In this document: in pieces, positions 39,099 to 53,981 of the stretch
Layout: each line of letters begins with the position of its first letter
Position numbering within the stretch: position 1 is the stretch's first letter
Source: Patellaria atrata CBS 101060
Lineage: Eukaryota
Length of the DNA stretch: 64,000 bases
Direction: 5' to 3'
NCBI GenBank assembly: GCA_010093705.1
Contig: MU006091.1
Coordinates: 496,001-560,000, forward strand
Program-made: the position numbers and the translations under genes
Notes under the pieces: model-generated
Told to the model about the DNA's origin: nothing
Databases searched by the model: none
The model's input: the letters and a program-made list of their open reading frames with translations, nothing else

Positions 39099-40999
39099 TC
39101 AGTCCTCGTCCGAGTCCAGCATCATGCTATCTCCCCCTAATCCCGTCATCCGTCTTTCCTCATCATCTACCTGATCCTTATTAGCGCGCCTAGTCCTTCT
39201 CGCGGTCACGGCATCCCTCTTATTCGCACCGATCTTTCTCTCAAACTCGTCCTCTTCGCTCTGCCCCATGATCGCAACTATTTCGCTAGCCTCTAGCGCC
39301 TTGCTCAGCAATTCCGTGGCTATAGGATCTTGAGGGCTGACTGCAAGAGCCTCGTGCAATGCTACGACCGCACCCCAGCAATCACCCATTTCTAACAAAA
39401 CGAGACCTTTGGCGCAAAACATGCCTGCATCTTTGCCCCCTTGACGGAGAACTTCTTCGAATTGCTCCAGTGCGAGTTCATACTGATACTCGCGCCGGTA
39501 CGCATGTCCTAAATTTGCGCGCGTGGCAATCCAAGCCCGTGGGTCTGAATTTATCTGCTCAGCTAGGGTCAGAGCTAGCTTGAAGATCTTTATGGCCTCA
39601 GAACGATGGTCTTCGTGATAGAATACTACGCCGAGTTCGTTTAGAAGTAACGGATCCGTACTGCAAAGATCGTACGCCGTATTAAGGTATTCGTGCGCCA
39701 AAGGCATATTGTTGAGCTGCAGATTCTGCATTCCTAAAAAGAGTTGTGGGAGATGTGTGCCTTGGAACAGTCTTGCGGCAGTAGAATAAGCGGAGATGGC
39801 TTGATCGTGTTCCCCTTCCGCTGCAAAGGTATGTGCGAAGCCAATCCAAGCGGGGCCGTAGTGCGGATCCATCATCGAAGCTTTCGAAAAGAAGCGCCGA
39901 GCTTCCGCGATTCGGTTAATGGTTAGATAGTAAACGCCCACTGCAAGCCAGGCACAAGGTTCTGAAGGATGACGGTCGGCGAGATCGTGGGAGAGAAGGA
40001 ACAGCGCATTCTTCTCATTGAGTTCGTGCAGACAAGCGAGATGTATTGGAAAGGTATTGAAGTTATATTTATCTTTTGCAAGAATGGAGGTCGTGAGAGC
40101 GAGCGCTTCCTTGAAGCGACATTGGGTGAACAACAATTCTGCTTTTGCCAACAAAATATCTGGATTCTCTGACAAATTGTAGTGAGTTGACAATGTCTCA
40201 GTAGCTGTTGTAAACTCTTCAGGATGAGAGTATTTGGAAAGTCGTGTGGTATACAACATCCTAGTAAACTCGGCCGCCTCCTGGGATGATGAAGAATCGC
40301 CAACGGAGATGATGTCGAAGTTGAGACACTCCAAGAATTTCCATTCTTCCTGAGGAGACATTAAAGAGTTCTTCATGAGCTGATCGAAAGCTTCAAAACA
40401 CTGGACGTCAATGCGTACGGCATCTTTATAGCATTCCTTTGCTCGATCGAATGCGTTTTGTTTCGCGTAACAGACTCCGCGAAGATAGCACATGGCTGCT
40501 TCGAAACGTATGTTGGAGATATTCTCCTTATCGCGCTCCTCACTCCGATCGGCTCTCTCAAGCTTCTTCTCAGCCTTAGTTTGCTTAAACAGTCCATTCC
40601 GAGCACTGCCATCGAGATGTTGTAGTTTCCTTCGCGCACTTCCCGGGGCCGTTATTAGATGGGTGGGATTCTTGTCCCCTAATATATTTAGGGCTTCATC
40701 GAATTTTCCCTCCTTGACGAAGCAATGCGCTGCGAGATATTTACATGACGGGTTGTTGTTGATTAGGTCCTGTCGAGTTAGGAAACTCCGAGCGTGTGTA
40801 TAATTCCCGGTTGAGAAGTGAACCTGGGCCAGCCAGAACGCGTCCTTATCGTTGTCTTATACTATTAGCTGAAATGTATTCTAGAGCAGTGACACTACGT
40901 ACTTGTCAGCGCCAGTAGCTTGTCTCCTATAAAGATGGCCGACTCGTACTGATGTTTATTTAATGCATCCTGCCGCCAATCACGTAGAAACTTCTCCAT
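39099..40999 (-). CDS. CDC16: Anaphase-promoting complex subunit Cdc16/Cut9 (APC6), TPR protein
   Basis: MEKFLRDWRQDALNKHQYESAIFIGDKLLALT, one intron, then DAFWLAQV, ARRFFSKASMMDP, AWIGFAHTFAAEGEHDQAISAYSTAARLFQG and DPLLLNELGVV. Confidence 0.95.
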
Positions 41000-41705
41000 G
41001 CTCGAATTAGAGAGAAAACTTGCATGAATGCGACCGTACTAAAATGTCGCTTTGCAAAATAAAAAGTAAGAAGTGTGACTATGGTGGAAATAAACTCCTG
41101 TGGTAACCTCTTTTCTAACCGCTGAAATGTCCCGCAAAACAACAACAGTACAGGGCAACCGCGGAGCTATGAAAGATATGTTTGGACGGTTTGGACAGTT
41201 TGGATCGTTTGTTGTATTTGGTAGACTTGACAAGGACCGGCCCTACAACTCTTGGTTCGCAGCCTGTTACCCTAAGTTTTGATTGGTTTAATGACTATCA
41301 AGCTCTTTCGGATTAACTAATGACCCTTGATGCTTCTGACTTCGTCAACTGCAACGCCCATTTCTCGTCTGTAAGGTCGCGTCCCATCATTTGCATTAAG
41401 CCTTCACAGGCCTTATATCTTTGCGCGCCCGCAGCTTCACCCAACCCAAAGTGCTCTTGATTTTTCTTCAGGCGGGCGGCGGTTGTCTGGTTCCGACTTT
41501 CATGACTTTATGAAATTACCTCTATACTAATTAAACAACAACTGCGAATTCTTCGATGCTTTTCGCAGCAGCCTTTCACCATAAATCTTCTGACCTGCGA
41601 ACCAGTTCGAACCAGCAACGTCGACCCGACCTGCCTTGCCCGTTATATCTACCCACTATCTCACCGCCGAATTGAAAGGGAGCTTCTATAATTTGCCTAG
41701 GAACT

Positions 41706-44700
41706 ATGTCTTCCGAAAGAAATATGGAAGTCTATGCTGCAAAGCTAGATGACCCCAATCTTGGTGAGTTAGTTAAGATCCCTCAGGGACAAAGCTCAAC
41801 AAGGCTTTATGATGCATTTTTGATGTGCTTGGATGTTTACTTATCCCTGTGCGCAGATATCAGATCTAAGATCACGTTTGCGACGGAACTCCGCGACAGT
41901 ATTGAGCTATGGTGTCAAGGCTCTACATACAATTCATTTTTACAGCGGCTAGTCCCTGTGTTTCTAAAGCTGCTTGATGGGCCACCGGTATTTATGAGCA
42001 ATGCTCCGGAGCAGGTATGGTCTTCGCTTCATAGCTGTGCAAAGCAAAACTCATTCTGATTCAACATGCCATATAGAGATTGCGTAACTGCATTTTCGAG
42101 ATTCTCCACCGATTACCAATGACCCCGGCCGACGCACTAGAACCATATGCGCCACGAATAGTGGATCAATTGATGGAACTGGTGAAAATTGAAAATGACG
42201 ATAATGCGGTGCTCTGTATGAAGACTATAATGGACTTTTGCAGACATCAACCGAAAGCTCTGCAAGAACGCGTACAATCATTTCTGGACCTAATTCAGGA
42301 GCTCTTTCTGACAATGGACCAAGCAGTTAGAGATACCTTCGATAGTCCAGCTTCCGCTGTCGCGCAGGCTATACCTTCTACACCAAACAATTCCCAGTAC
42401 TCACAATCTCCAAGACCGGGTTCACCGGTTGCGTCGGTAACTTCCTCTGATCTAGGGAGTGAACAGTCGCAAGCTAGACCGTTGTTGAAGGGGATGCAGT
42501 CCTTCAAGGTTCTAGCAGAGTGTCCGATCATTGTCGTCTCCCTTTTTCAGTCTTATCGTAATTGCGTCCATAAGAACGTCAAGTTGTTCGTCCCCCTGAT
42601 CAAGAATGTTCTATTGCTTCAGGCCAAACCACAGGAACGAGCTCATGCTGAGGCGAAAGCGCAAGGGAAGGTCTTCACTGGTGTCAGCAAGGAGATCAGA
42701 AATCGAGCTGCCTTTGGTGACTTCATCACGATGCAAGTCAAGACGATGAGCTTTCTTGCGTACCTTCTCAGAGTATATTCGCAACAGTTGACGGACTTTC
42801 TGCCGACCCTACCAGATGTTGTTGTGCGGTTATTGAAAGATATACCAAGGGAAAAATCGGGCGCAAGAAAAGAGCTTCTGGTGGCAATTCGTCATATCAT
42901 CAATTTCAATTTCCGGAAAATATTCCTCAAGAAAATTGATGAGTTGCTGGACGAGCGCACTCTTATTGGGGACGGTCTTACTGTTTACGAAGCCATGCGG
43001 CCGTTGGCTTATAGCATGTTAGCAGACTTGATCCATCATCTGCGAGAATCTTTGTCTCGAGAGCAAATTCGCAAGACCGTCGAGGTTTATACGAAGAACT
43101 TGCATGACAGCTTTCCGGGCACTAGCTTCCAAACAATGAGCGCAAAGCTACTCCTCAACATGGCCGAATGTATTGCAAAACTAGAGCCGAAACAGGATGC
43201 GCGATACTTTCTTATCATGATACTTAATGCGATAGGAGACAAATTCGCTGCTATGAACAGACAATACAAGAATGCTGTCAAGCTTTCCGAGCAGTATACA
43301 CCACTCTCTATAGAAGCTGCTCCGGAAAACTTTCTCGCCGACAAGGATAGACCACCGGATTGGGACGAGATCGATATATTTAGTGCCACCCCCATCAAGA
43401 CTACTAATCCAAGAGAGCGTAGTTCGGACCCAATCGCGGATAATAAGTTCTTGTTTAAGAATTTGCTTCATGGGCTTAAGAATTTGTTCTACAATCTTCG
43501 AGCTTGCAATCCACCCCAGATTAAGCAGGAAATTGAGACTGCTAGTGCGCCGGCAAATTGGCATGAGGTCTCATTTGGATATAATGCGGAAGAGGTGGAA
43601 GTTCTAATCAAACTATTCCGTGAAGGTGCTCGCGTTTTCCGCTATTACGCCACAGATAAACCAGGGAACGACAGTCAAGCATTGAACGCGAGCGAACTAA
43701 TCGCAAATCCCCATATGATGTCGAGTAATAAAGAGGAAAAAGAATTGCTGGAATCGTTCGCCACAGTGTTCCATCACATTGATCCAGCTACTTTTCATGA
43801 AGTCTTCCAATCGGAGATACCGCATCTGTATGATATGATGTTTGACCATGCTGCTTTATTGCATGTACCGCAATTTCTACTGGCGAGCGAAGCAACATCG
43901 CCCAGTTTTGCTGGCATGCTTCTGCAGTTCCTCATGGGAAAACTAGAGGAAGTTGGTACATCTGACACGAAAAAGTCATCTATTCTCTTACGACTATTTA
44001 AACTGTCCTTCATGGCCGTCACTCTCTTTTCGTCGACAAACGAGCAGGTACTTCTACCACATGTTACGAAGATAGTCACACAGTCGATCAAGCTGTCAAC
44101 CACAGCTGAGGAGCCAATGAATTATTTCTTACTCCTAAGATCACTCTTTAGGAGTATCGGTGGAGGTCGTTTCGAGCATCTCTATAAAGAAATTCTCCCT
44201 CTTCTGGAGATGATGCTTGAGGTGCTAAACAATCTTCTCCTAGCTGCGCGCAAACCTACTGATAGGGACTTGTTCGTGGAACTCATCCTCACAGTTCCTG
44301 CACGCCTAAGTAATCTGCTTCCTCATCTGAGTTATCTCATGAGGCCTCTCGTTGTCGCGCTCCGTGCTGGCTCTGAGCTTGTTGGCCAAGGTTTAAGGAC
44401 GCTAGAACTTTGCGTAGACAATCTCACCGCGGACTACTTAGATCCGATAATGGCTCCAGTCATCGACGAACTAATGGCAGCACTATGGGAGCACCTGAAG
44501 CCAAATCCTTACAGTCATTTTCATGCTCATACTACTATGCGCATCTTGGGAAAGCTTGGTGGTCGCAACAGAAAGTTCCTCACTGGACCACCTCAGTTAG
44601 AATACAAGAACTTTGCGGATGACGAGCCCAGCTTTGATCTCCGACTAATTGGATCAACTAAGGACAAACCTTTCCCTTCGACCATCGGGATTGAACATGC

Positions 44701-47700
44701 TATTTTAAAGATAATGGAGGTTCCTAAGAACCCCAAGGAGAAAAAGTCAGACGCATTCCACAAGCAACAAGCGTTCAAACTCGTAGCTGCGCAACTCAAA
44801 TTGCAAATTGGTGCAGATACGTTGCCTGAGGATTTTGCACAACTTGTTCGTCTACAAGCTAATGATCTCTGCGCAAGGAAGTTCGATGTTGGCCAAGATC
44901 TCATGAGCATCTCGGAGCGAGATAAGTCATCCGCAAAGAAAGATTTCCAGCAAGAGACCATGAAAAAGCTTCTGAAGGCATGTTTTATTGCTGTATCCGT
45001 ACCGGAGCTTAGAGAAGAAGCTAATTCTATGATCACTAATTTGTGCCGTCATTTCACCCTGCTAGAAATTGGACGGGCCCTAGCGCAAGCCAAACACGAC
45101 CGGAAGCACTTTGATGTCAAGTCCGGAGAAGGACCTGTTGTTATTGATAGTAGAGTGATCGCTGATGCTATCTCGGAATCTCTCGCGTCCGATATTCCGG
45201 AAGTTAGGGATGTAGCAGAAAGGGCAATTGTCGAAATTCGGGATGCAGCGGTGGTCATCTTCGGTTCTGCCGAGAAAATCGACACGCTCCCATTTTTCCT
45301 CCATATTGCGCGCACCTTCATTCACAATTGCCATCAGGAGGAGTGGTTCACCAAATCTGGGGGGACTTTAGGAATTGAGATTGTATGCACCAAACTGGGA
45401 TTAAGCGATGCGTGGATCAATGAGCTACATCTCCAATTCGTTCGTGCGTTAATGTATGTCATGAAGGATATGCCCCAGGATCTGTCTGCTCGAACTCGAA
45501 ACCAAGCTCAAGCAACCCTTGAGACCCTACTTCAACGCTGCAAATTTATGTCCAAGGATGATCTTAGCAAACCCCAAAGCAAGCTCTACCAGTTATGTGG
45601 ATCTCTCATATATGAACTAGCCCACATGAACAGACATGTCCGGGAGATGGCACAAAAAGCATTTGCTTTAACGGCAGAAGTTGTCGGCGTAGAGGTGCAC
45701 GAGCTTATGATGCCAGTCAAAGATCGATTGCTCAATCCTATCTACAACAAGCCGCTTCGAGCTCTTCCCGTCTCGGTTCAGATTGGATATGTTGATGCGA
45801 TAACATTCTGCCTGAAGATTCCGCACAACATGCTTGAACTCAATGAGCAACTCCAGAGACTACTAATGGAATGTTTAGCGTTAGCAGATGCCGAAGATGA
45901 ACTCCTCGCGAACAAGCCTACAGAGCAGCGAAATGCCGAAGCTATCGTCCAACTTCGAGTCGCGTGCCTTCGGCTCTTGTCTCTTGCGCAAAATCTTCCT
46001 GAATTCAACGCTTCTCCACCCAACCAGAGCCGTCAAAGAATCATCGCGATCTTCTTCAAGTCCCTGTACTCCAAATCACCCGATGTAATTGAAGCAGCGT
46101 ACTCTGGTCTGCAATCCGTACTCACGGCTACCAGCAAACTCCCGAAAGACATCCTACAGGGCGGCCTACGGCCAATTCTAATGAATTTGCAAGATCCACG
46201 AAAGCTCAGCGTAGAAGGATTAGAGGGCCTTGCTCGACTCCTTAAACTTCTGACTAACTACTTCAAGGTTGAAATCGGGTCAAGGTTACTAGATCATATA
46301 AAGACAATTGCAGATCCTACGGCGTTGCAAAAGATTTCGTTCACTCTTATCGAACAGAACCGTCAGATGAAGATTATCGCAGCTATCTTCAACGTGTTCC
46401 ACCTTCTGCCCCCGGCCGCTATTTCTTTCCTTGAACCTCTGGTTAAGAAGATCATGAAGCTTGAGACATCTCTGAGAAGGACACATTTCAGTCCCTTTAG
46501 AGAACCCCTACTCAAGTATTTGAATCACTATCCTAAAGAATCTTGGACTTTCTTCGCTCCTTTACTTAAAAACCACGCTGATGGTCGATTCTTTGCACAG
46601 ATTCTAGCAGATCCAAGCAGTCGTCCACTACGTGATGTTGTTATCCAGGATGTTCCGGGGCTTTTGAAAGCTTTTCAAGTGAATGACGAGAAAGAGAAAT
46701 GGCCTGCTGCTATCAACGGTATCCATGTCGCGTTCGCAATCTCGAACTTCCCCGAACATAATTCGTGGCTGGTTAATAACGATAATCTTCGTAAAGGATT
46801 ATTTGAAGCAGGTAAAGGACTTGAAATCCGGTTTCGACAGAATACGATTGATCCCTCGTTGCGTCTTGCAGCAGAGCAGGCTGGAGAACATGTTATGAGA
46901 GTCTTCACAGTATATCTCGCCCAGGAGCCGAATAATCTGGACTCTTTCTTCGATGTAGTCGAGGCCGTTACCGCTGAAGAGCTGCGAATGTCTTCCGCAT
47001 TTATTCAGTTTATTTACAGCGAGATGATTTCCAACCATTCAGTGGAGTATTGGCGGACGCTTGTGCTAAGATCCATCGAGGTCTACACTGGCCGCAATAC
47101 GTCCCAGAAAGCAAAGACTTTCGCCTTTCATTATATCGTAAATCCTATTTTTGCGATGGATGTGAAACGAAATTGGGACTCTCTCTTTGGACTTACCAAA
47201 GGCACGAAGTTAATGGACAAGAGCATGACTGAAGCGATACACAACCGTCTTTGGCGACCACAATCCTCAAGCGAATCAACAGAAGAAAGCGGTCAACTAG
47301 GTGTAGACCACTCTCGTATGGAGTTGTTGCAACTAACAACGATGTTGATCAAATATCACCACAACCTAATATCAGAAACCAGAAAGGATGTCATCAAATT
47401 TGGTTGGAATTATATCAGGCTTGAGGATGTAATCAACAAACATGCAGCATATGTTCTGATTGCATACTTCATTGCTCAATATGAGACACCTCATAAAATC
47501 GCCGTCCAAGTGTACAGTGCTTTACTTAGAGCGCACCAGAATGAAGGCCGTTCCTTAGTAACTCAAGCGCTTGAACTCCTAGCTCCGGTGCTAAAGAAGA
47601 GAATTGGTGGAGGGGACGCAAAAGTCAACATGTGGGCGCGAATTCCTCGAAAGATTTTGAGCGAAGAGAGCTCTAACCTTCAGCAACTGATGTGCATTTT

Positions 47701-50700
47701 CAATTTCTTCGTCAGGCATACAGATCTCTTCTATGAGGCCAGGGAGCAACTCGCCCAGATAATTATACCGGCACTCCAGAAGATTGCAGCACCACCGAAC
47801 CCTTCTAATGAAAGCAAAAGGATTGCTCTTAACCTGATCAATTTGATCTGGCAATGGGAGGAGAGAGCTGCGAAAGAATCCGTCTCTTCACCAGACCGCT
47901 CTAATAAGTCTCCCTCGAAGCGTAAGGTAGATGGTGCTCCAGTACCTTCATCGAGTAATTTGGGTTCTCGAAACTTTGTCGCTCCCGCTCCTATTCGAAT
48001 GATGTTAATCAAATATATGATCACTTTCATTATTTCCTTACCCGAACGTTATCCGACAACGTCTTCGAAACTCAAAGAGCAGCACTCTACCCACCACATG
48101 CCACCCCAGTCGACAGAAGTCTGTCGAAAATCTGTCCAGCTTCTTCGTAATCTTTTGTCCCCTCCTTACTGGACTGATCTAGATGTTGACCCTATTCTCC
48201 AGAAACAGATAGAGTTAGTTCTCACCTCGGAGCTCAAGGGAGATGACAAACCCGAGGCTTGGACTACAAGAATCATCAATACTCTCCAGGTACTGAAGGT
48301 CATCCTTAATGTGAAATCTGACGATTGGGTTCTGAATAGAATGTCACATCTTCAAAAACTTTGTGAGAAACCTCTTCGCATGGACAATCCAGAAGTTCAA
48401 GACTGCCTTCATGACAATGATTCCGAGATTGGGGATGAAGCACGCCCAACTCTCCAGTATCAGCCTCTCGTAAAGCGGATCTTAGACGTGATGCCTGAGG
48501 TAAATATCGAGGATGAGGACCCGACGGAGACCCCATCCACCGAATTTGTAAACTTCTGTGGAATAGTAGCTACCGAGACTTTGTCTAATGGAAGCCATGT
48601 TCCCGCGGTAAATCTATTGTGGACTTTATGTCAAAGGCGGCCCGATGAGATTGATCAGCACCTTCAACATCTCATGAAGGCGCTACACTCAAAACTCGCG
48701 AAAGAACACCTTTCAGCCAACATCCCAGCGCAAGGTCAAGCAGCTATGGCACCAAACCTGAGACCGGATACTCAAAGCAGCGCCCCTCCTGATCCCTTTG
48801 AATTTCAGATCCAGATCAGTTTAATTCTCAAAGTGATTGATACAATGTCCGCCCGGATGAATTCACTAGGCGACCAACGGCGACCGTTCCTGAGCGTTTT
48901 GGCTTCTCTGGTTGAAAGATCTCAAAGTAATGAAGTATGCCTCAAGATTCTATCCCTAGTCGAGAACTGGATTTTCCATTCAACTGAGGTTTTACCTACT
49001 CTAAAGGAACGCGTTGCTGTTTTGCACAAGATGCTGCTTTTTGAACAGAGACAGGATTCTACACTGTTGACTAAATTCCTCGATCTTGTCATACGTATTT
49101 ATGAGGACCCAAAGATTATGCGCAGCGAGCTTACTGTCCGTCTCGAACATGCCTTTCTTATTGGTACCAGAGCTCAGGATGTTGAAATGCGGAACCGTTT
49201 CATGACTATTTTTGATCGAAGTATCAGTCGTAGCGCGAGTAGTCGTCTGAAATATGTCATAGCTTCGCAGAACTGGGATACCTTGCAAGACAGTTATTGG
49301 CTCAACCAAGTTATTCAGCTACTTTTCGGATCGATAGAGATGAATCCCGCCCTCAAATTACACGAAGAAGACTTCAAAACAATCCCGGCGTCTACTCTAT
49401 TTAATACTTATTCCAAGGATTCGCGTCTTTCCGATCTGGTGATTGACGATCAACTCGACTCGTTCGTTGCAAGCCACCGTCGATTTTGCCTTTCACTTGG
49501 CGACGTTAAGATTCGTGACATTCTGGAGCCTCTCGGCCAACTACAGCATACGAGTAAAGAACTTGCACACAAGATATGGGTTCCACTTTTCGGAATGTTT
49601 TGGCATGCGCTGCCGAAGGAAGATCGTCCCTCATTCCAAAAGGACATAGTGGGCCTACTCACAAAAGACTACCATACAAGACAGATCGATCAGAGACCGA
49701 ATTGTGTCCAGACACTTCTGGAAGGCTGCGTATCTGCCAAACCCCGCTTAGCGTTCCCTCCTCATATCATGAAATATCTTGCTCGAACATATAGCGCTTG
49801 GTATACGGCAACAACATATCTGGAAAACTCTGCGAATGACCCCATTGTAGATACCCCACTAGTTCGTGAGAGCAACCTAGACTCGCTTCTTGAGATTTAT
49901 GCTGGCTTAGAGGAGCAGGATCTGTTCTATGGCACATGGAGGCGGCGATGCGAATACATCGAGACGAATGCAGCCCTTTCATACGAACAGAACGGAATGT
50001 GGGATAAAGCTCAGGAGATGTATGAGATGGCACAGATCAAAGCTCGAACTGGGACTCTACCCTTTTCTCAGGGCGAATATATGCTTTGGGAGGATCATTG
50101 GGTTCAGTGTGCACAGAAACTACAACAATGGGAAATTCTGAGTGACTTCGCTAAGCATGAGAATTTTAACGACCTAACACTGGAATCGACATATCGGGCC
50201 ATCGAATCCTGGAGCAATGCTGAGCAGAGGGAACAATATGATTCAATTATCAAATCCGTTTCGGACGCTCCGACTCCTCGGCGTGTGTTCTTCCAAGCGT
50301 TCATGTCCTTATTGAAACTGCACAACAAACAAGAGACTCCACAGGAGTTCAACCGAATATGTGACGAAGCAATTCAGCTGTCTATTCGGAAATGGCATCA
50401 ACTACCAAAACGGATCACCAATGCGCACATACCCATCTTGCAAAACTTCCAGCAGCTAGTGGAGCTACATGATGCTAGCGTCATCTGCTCCAGTTTAGGT
50501 CAGACTACTTCAGGTAATTTGGATATCAAGTCCCAAGAGCTCAAACTCTTGCTTACTACGTGGCGTGATCGACTACCAAACTTCTGGGACGATATCAACG
50601 CATGGCAAGGCCTAGTCACTTGGCGTCAACACATATTCCAACTAATCAATGGTGTCTATCTCCATCTCATTCCGCAAAACCAAGGTGGTGCGACAAGTAA

Positions 50701-53311
50701 TTCTTTCGCCTACCGAGGTTACCATGAGACTGCTTGGATAATCAACAGATTCGCACATGTTGCTCGTAAACACAACTTGCCAGATGTCTGTATCGCGCAG
50801 CTGAGCCGCATCTATACTCTGCCGAATATCGAAATTCAGGAAGCTTTCCTGAAGTTACGGGAACAAGCAAAATGTCACTACAGGAACCGATCGGAACTTC
50901 AAAGCGGCCTTGATGTCATCAACAATACCAACCTCAACTACTTTGGAGCTCAGCAAAAGGCAGAATTCTATACTCTTAAGGGCATGTTCTTGAACAAGCT
51001 CGGGCAGACGGAAGAAGCCAACGATGCTTTTGGAAGCGCTCTGTATTTCGACATCAAGCTCCCTAAAGCATGGGCCGAATGGGGTTATTACAATGATATG
51101 CTCTTCAAGGAAAATCCCTCACAAATAGACAAAGCAAATTCTGCGATTAGTTGCTACCTCGAAGCTGCAAGTCAGTACAAAAACGGCAAATCTCGAAAAT
51201 TACTAGGAAGGATTCTGTGGCTTTTAAGCCTGGATGACTCTAATCGCACTCTTGCCTCTGCATTTGAAGCTTTCAAGGGCGATACGCCGATATGGTACTG
51301 GATTACATGGATTCCTCAGCTTCTCGGCAGTCTCTCTAGACAGGAAGCTCCTATCGCTCGAGTCATCCTTGGCAAACTTGCAAAAACCTATCCGCAGGCT
51401 TTGTTTTTCCAGCTTCGCACAACTCGAGAAGATATGCACGTCATCCGTAAGCAACAGGAAGCAAAAGAAGCGAAGGAGAAGCGCCAGAAGCAAGTTCAAG
51501 GTACTCCCGATGTCAAACAAAGTTCTCCTGAACGGTCGTCCACTGCTTCAGGTGCTGGTACAAGGCCTGGAACGGCGAACGGAGAGAATCAGGCCAACGG
51601 TGTGCAAACGACGCCGAAACAAGAGGGGAATGGGGCTTCCACTCCCAACGGTGCTACTGGTGCAGCATCTCCTGAAACCCCGAAGAAACCATGGGATTAC
51701 ACGGAAGAGATCATGGCTTCACTCAAGACTGCATTTCCACTACTTGCTTTATCAATGGAAACTATGGTTGACCAGATCCACAAGCATTTCAAGTGTCCTC
51801 CAGATGAGGATGCGTATAGATTGATAGTCGCTTTACTCAATGATGGTATGACATTCGTTGGCCGATCACCTACTAACTACGGGCCCGATGTCCATCTACC
51901 TAGCTCTACCGAAGCAAACATTACCCGCTTTGCTGAGTCTGTTCTTCCTGCGCATATCCGAAAGGCGTTCGAGGCCGATTTTGTTACTAAGAAACCGACT
52001 ATGTACGAGTACATCCAGAAGTTAAGGAAATGGCGCGCTAGATTTGAAGAAAAACTTGACAGGCGGACTCTTATCCACCCTTTCGAAGCGTACAGTCCAC
52101 ACTTGAGCGAATTTAGGTTCCAAAAATTCGATGAGGTTGAAGTACCTGGACAGTACTTGTTACACAGGGATAAGAACCAAGACTTCGTGCGTATTGAGCG
52201 CTTTGCGTCGAAGGTCGACCTTGTTCGTGGCATTGGTTACAGCTATAGAAGAATTAGGATCTTGGGTCATGATGGAAGCGTCCACCCGTTCGCTATACAA
52301 AATCCTGCTACTAGACATTCGCGACGAGAGGAAAGAATTATGCAGCTATTCAGGATATTCAATGGCGTCTTGAGTAAGCGCAAGGAAAGCCGTCGGCGTA
52401 ACCTTCAGTTTAACTTACCTCTCATGGTTCCTCTTTCTCCTGCTGTTCGCATCGTGCAGGATGACGCTTCATACATCTCTCTCCAAGGAGTCTATGAGGA
52501 CTCATGTCGCCGTCATAGTATTAATAAGGATGATCCAGTGTTGTTCACAGTCGAGAAGCTGCGTCAACTTATGCCAGTAAGTCTTCCATATCCTGTTCAA
52601 CGAGCATTCACTAACCATGCCATCCAGCGCAACATGGAACAGGCAAATGCCATCCGCCTGGAGACGTTCATCGCCATTCAAGAGCGCTATGTCAGCCACA
52701 GCCTTGCGCTCGACTATTTCCGGGACATATACCCCACCTTTGCAGACTTCTGGCTTTTCCGCAAGACATTCAGCTATCAGTTTGCAGCATTGACATTCAT
52801 GACATACATCATGCATATGCATACTCGTTATCCGCACAAGCTGTCCATCTCACGGGCAACCGGCAATGTCTGGGGTTCGGAGCTTGTCGCATCGCTGGCA
52901 GGCACTAAACCGACGTTCCACAATCCCGAAGCCGTGCCCTTCCGTCTAACACCCAATCTCCAGACGCTCATGGGCCCTCTGGCAACCGAAGGCATATATG
53001 CCCCTACTATCATGGCCATCGCTCGGTGCCTCACTGAACCAGAAGGCGAGCTTGAGATGCAGCTCTCGATTTTCATCCGCGACGAGATGATGCTGTGGTA
53101 CACACAACAGCACCGTCAGCAAGCGGCAGATGGACAGCTGAGGGAAAATGTCCAGATGAACAGCGATCTGGTGGTCAAGCGGGCGGTCAGCCTGGCACAA
53201 CCTCCGAACGGGAATCTACCGGCGAACCAGACAGTTGTAGATTTAATTGCTTGTGCCGTCAATCCTACGAAACTTTGTCAATTAGATGCGCTTTGGATGC
53301 CGTATTTATAG
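41706..53311 (+). CDS. TRA1: Tra1/TRRAP PIKK pseudokinase, scaffold of SAGA and NuA4
   Basis: About 3800 aa with HEAT, FAT, PI3K-like and FATC regions. [55 protein letters not shown] and the C-terminus LDALWMPYL. Introns 41764-41856, 42015-42076 and 52577-52627. Confidence 0.98.
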
Positions 53312-53963
53312 GCGTATGTGGATGGAATGGGATCGATTGGGAGCTGGGACCGGGGAGTTTGTGGTTTTTATAGGGAGTAATGGGCGTCAATTTATCTTTT
53401 AGGACGGTTTTGTGCGCCATGGATAGGAATCTTGACATTCAAAAAGGCAGAGAGTGAGGGTTTCATTACGCGAGCTATCCGCTACTAAGTGTATACAATA
53501 GCGTTGTTTCCATTTGGAGTTTCAGGCGTCGAGAAGCGTGGCATGGTTTTTTAAGTTCGACAGGCGTAGCGTAGTGAATTTTGGAGTTACAATTCTCTCG
53601 AGACTAGTGCGTGATGTTTTGATGCTTTGTCTAATGATACCTTAATAATAAGGTAATAAATACAAAGCGTGATGAAAGCATGTGACAGTGGAGTGACAAC
53701 CGGGGAGCTAGGCAGGATGACGTCGCTATGCAGCGTGGATAGCTCCGAAGACTCAAAGCAACGGGAGCATTCAATACGGAAGACACGGATGCTGAGTTAC
53801 CCTACCTTAAAGCAAACCAAGGTACCGGCTTTCAACATGGGCTTCGATCAATTATTGGGCACACGCTCTCCTCTTACCCTGCAGAGCCGAACACGACGAT
53901 TTCTCCGCTCTCCGCTCTCCCATCTCTGATGCTCCACCACCAACCCCGCAATAATGTGCTGTG

Positions 53964-53981
53964 TACAGTACAGTACAGTAC
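53964..53981. repeat. (TACAG)n pentanucleotide repeat
   Basis: TACAGTACAGTACAGTAC between TRA1 and GSY1. Confidence 0.7.
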
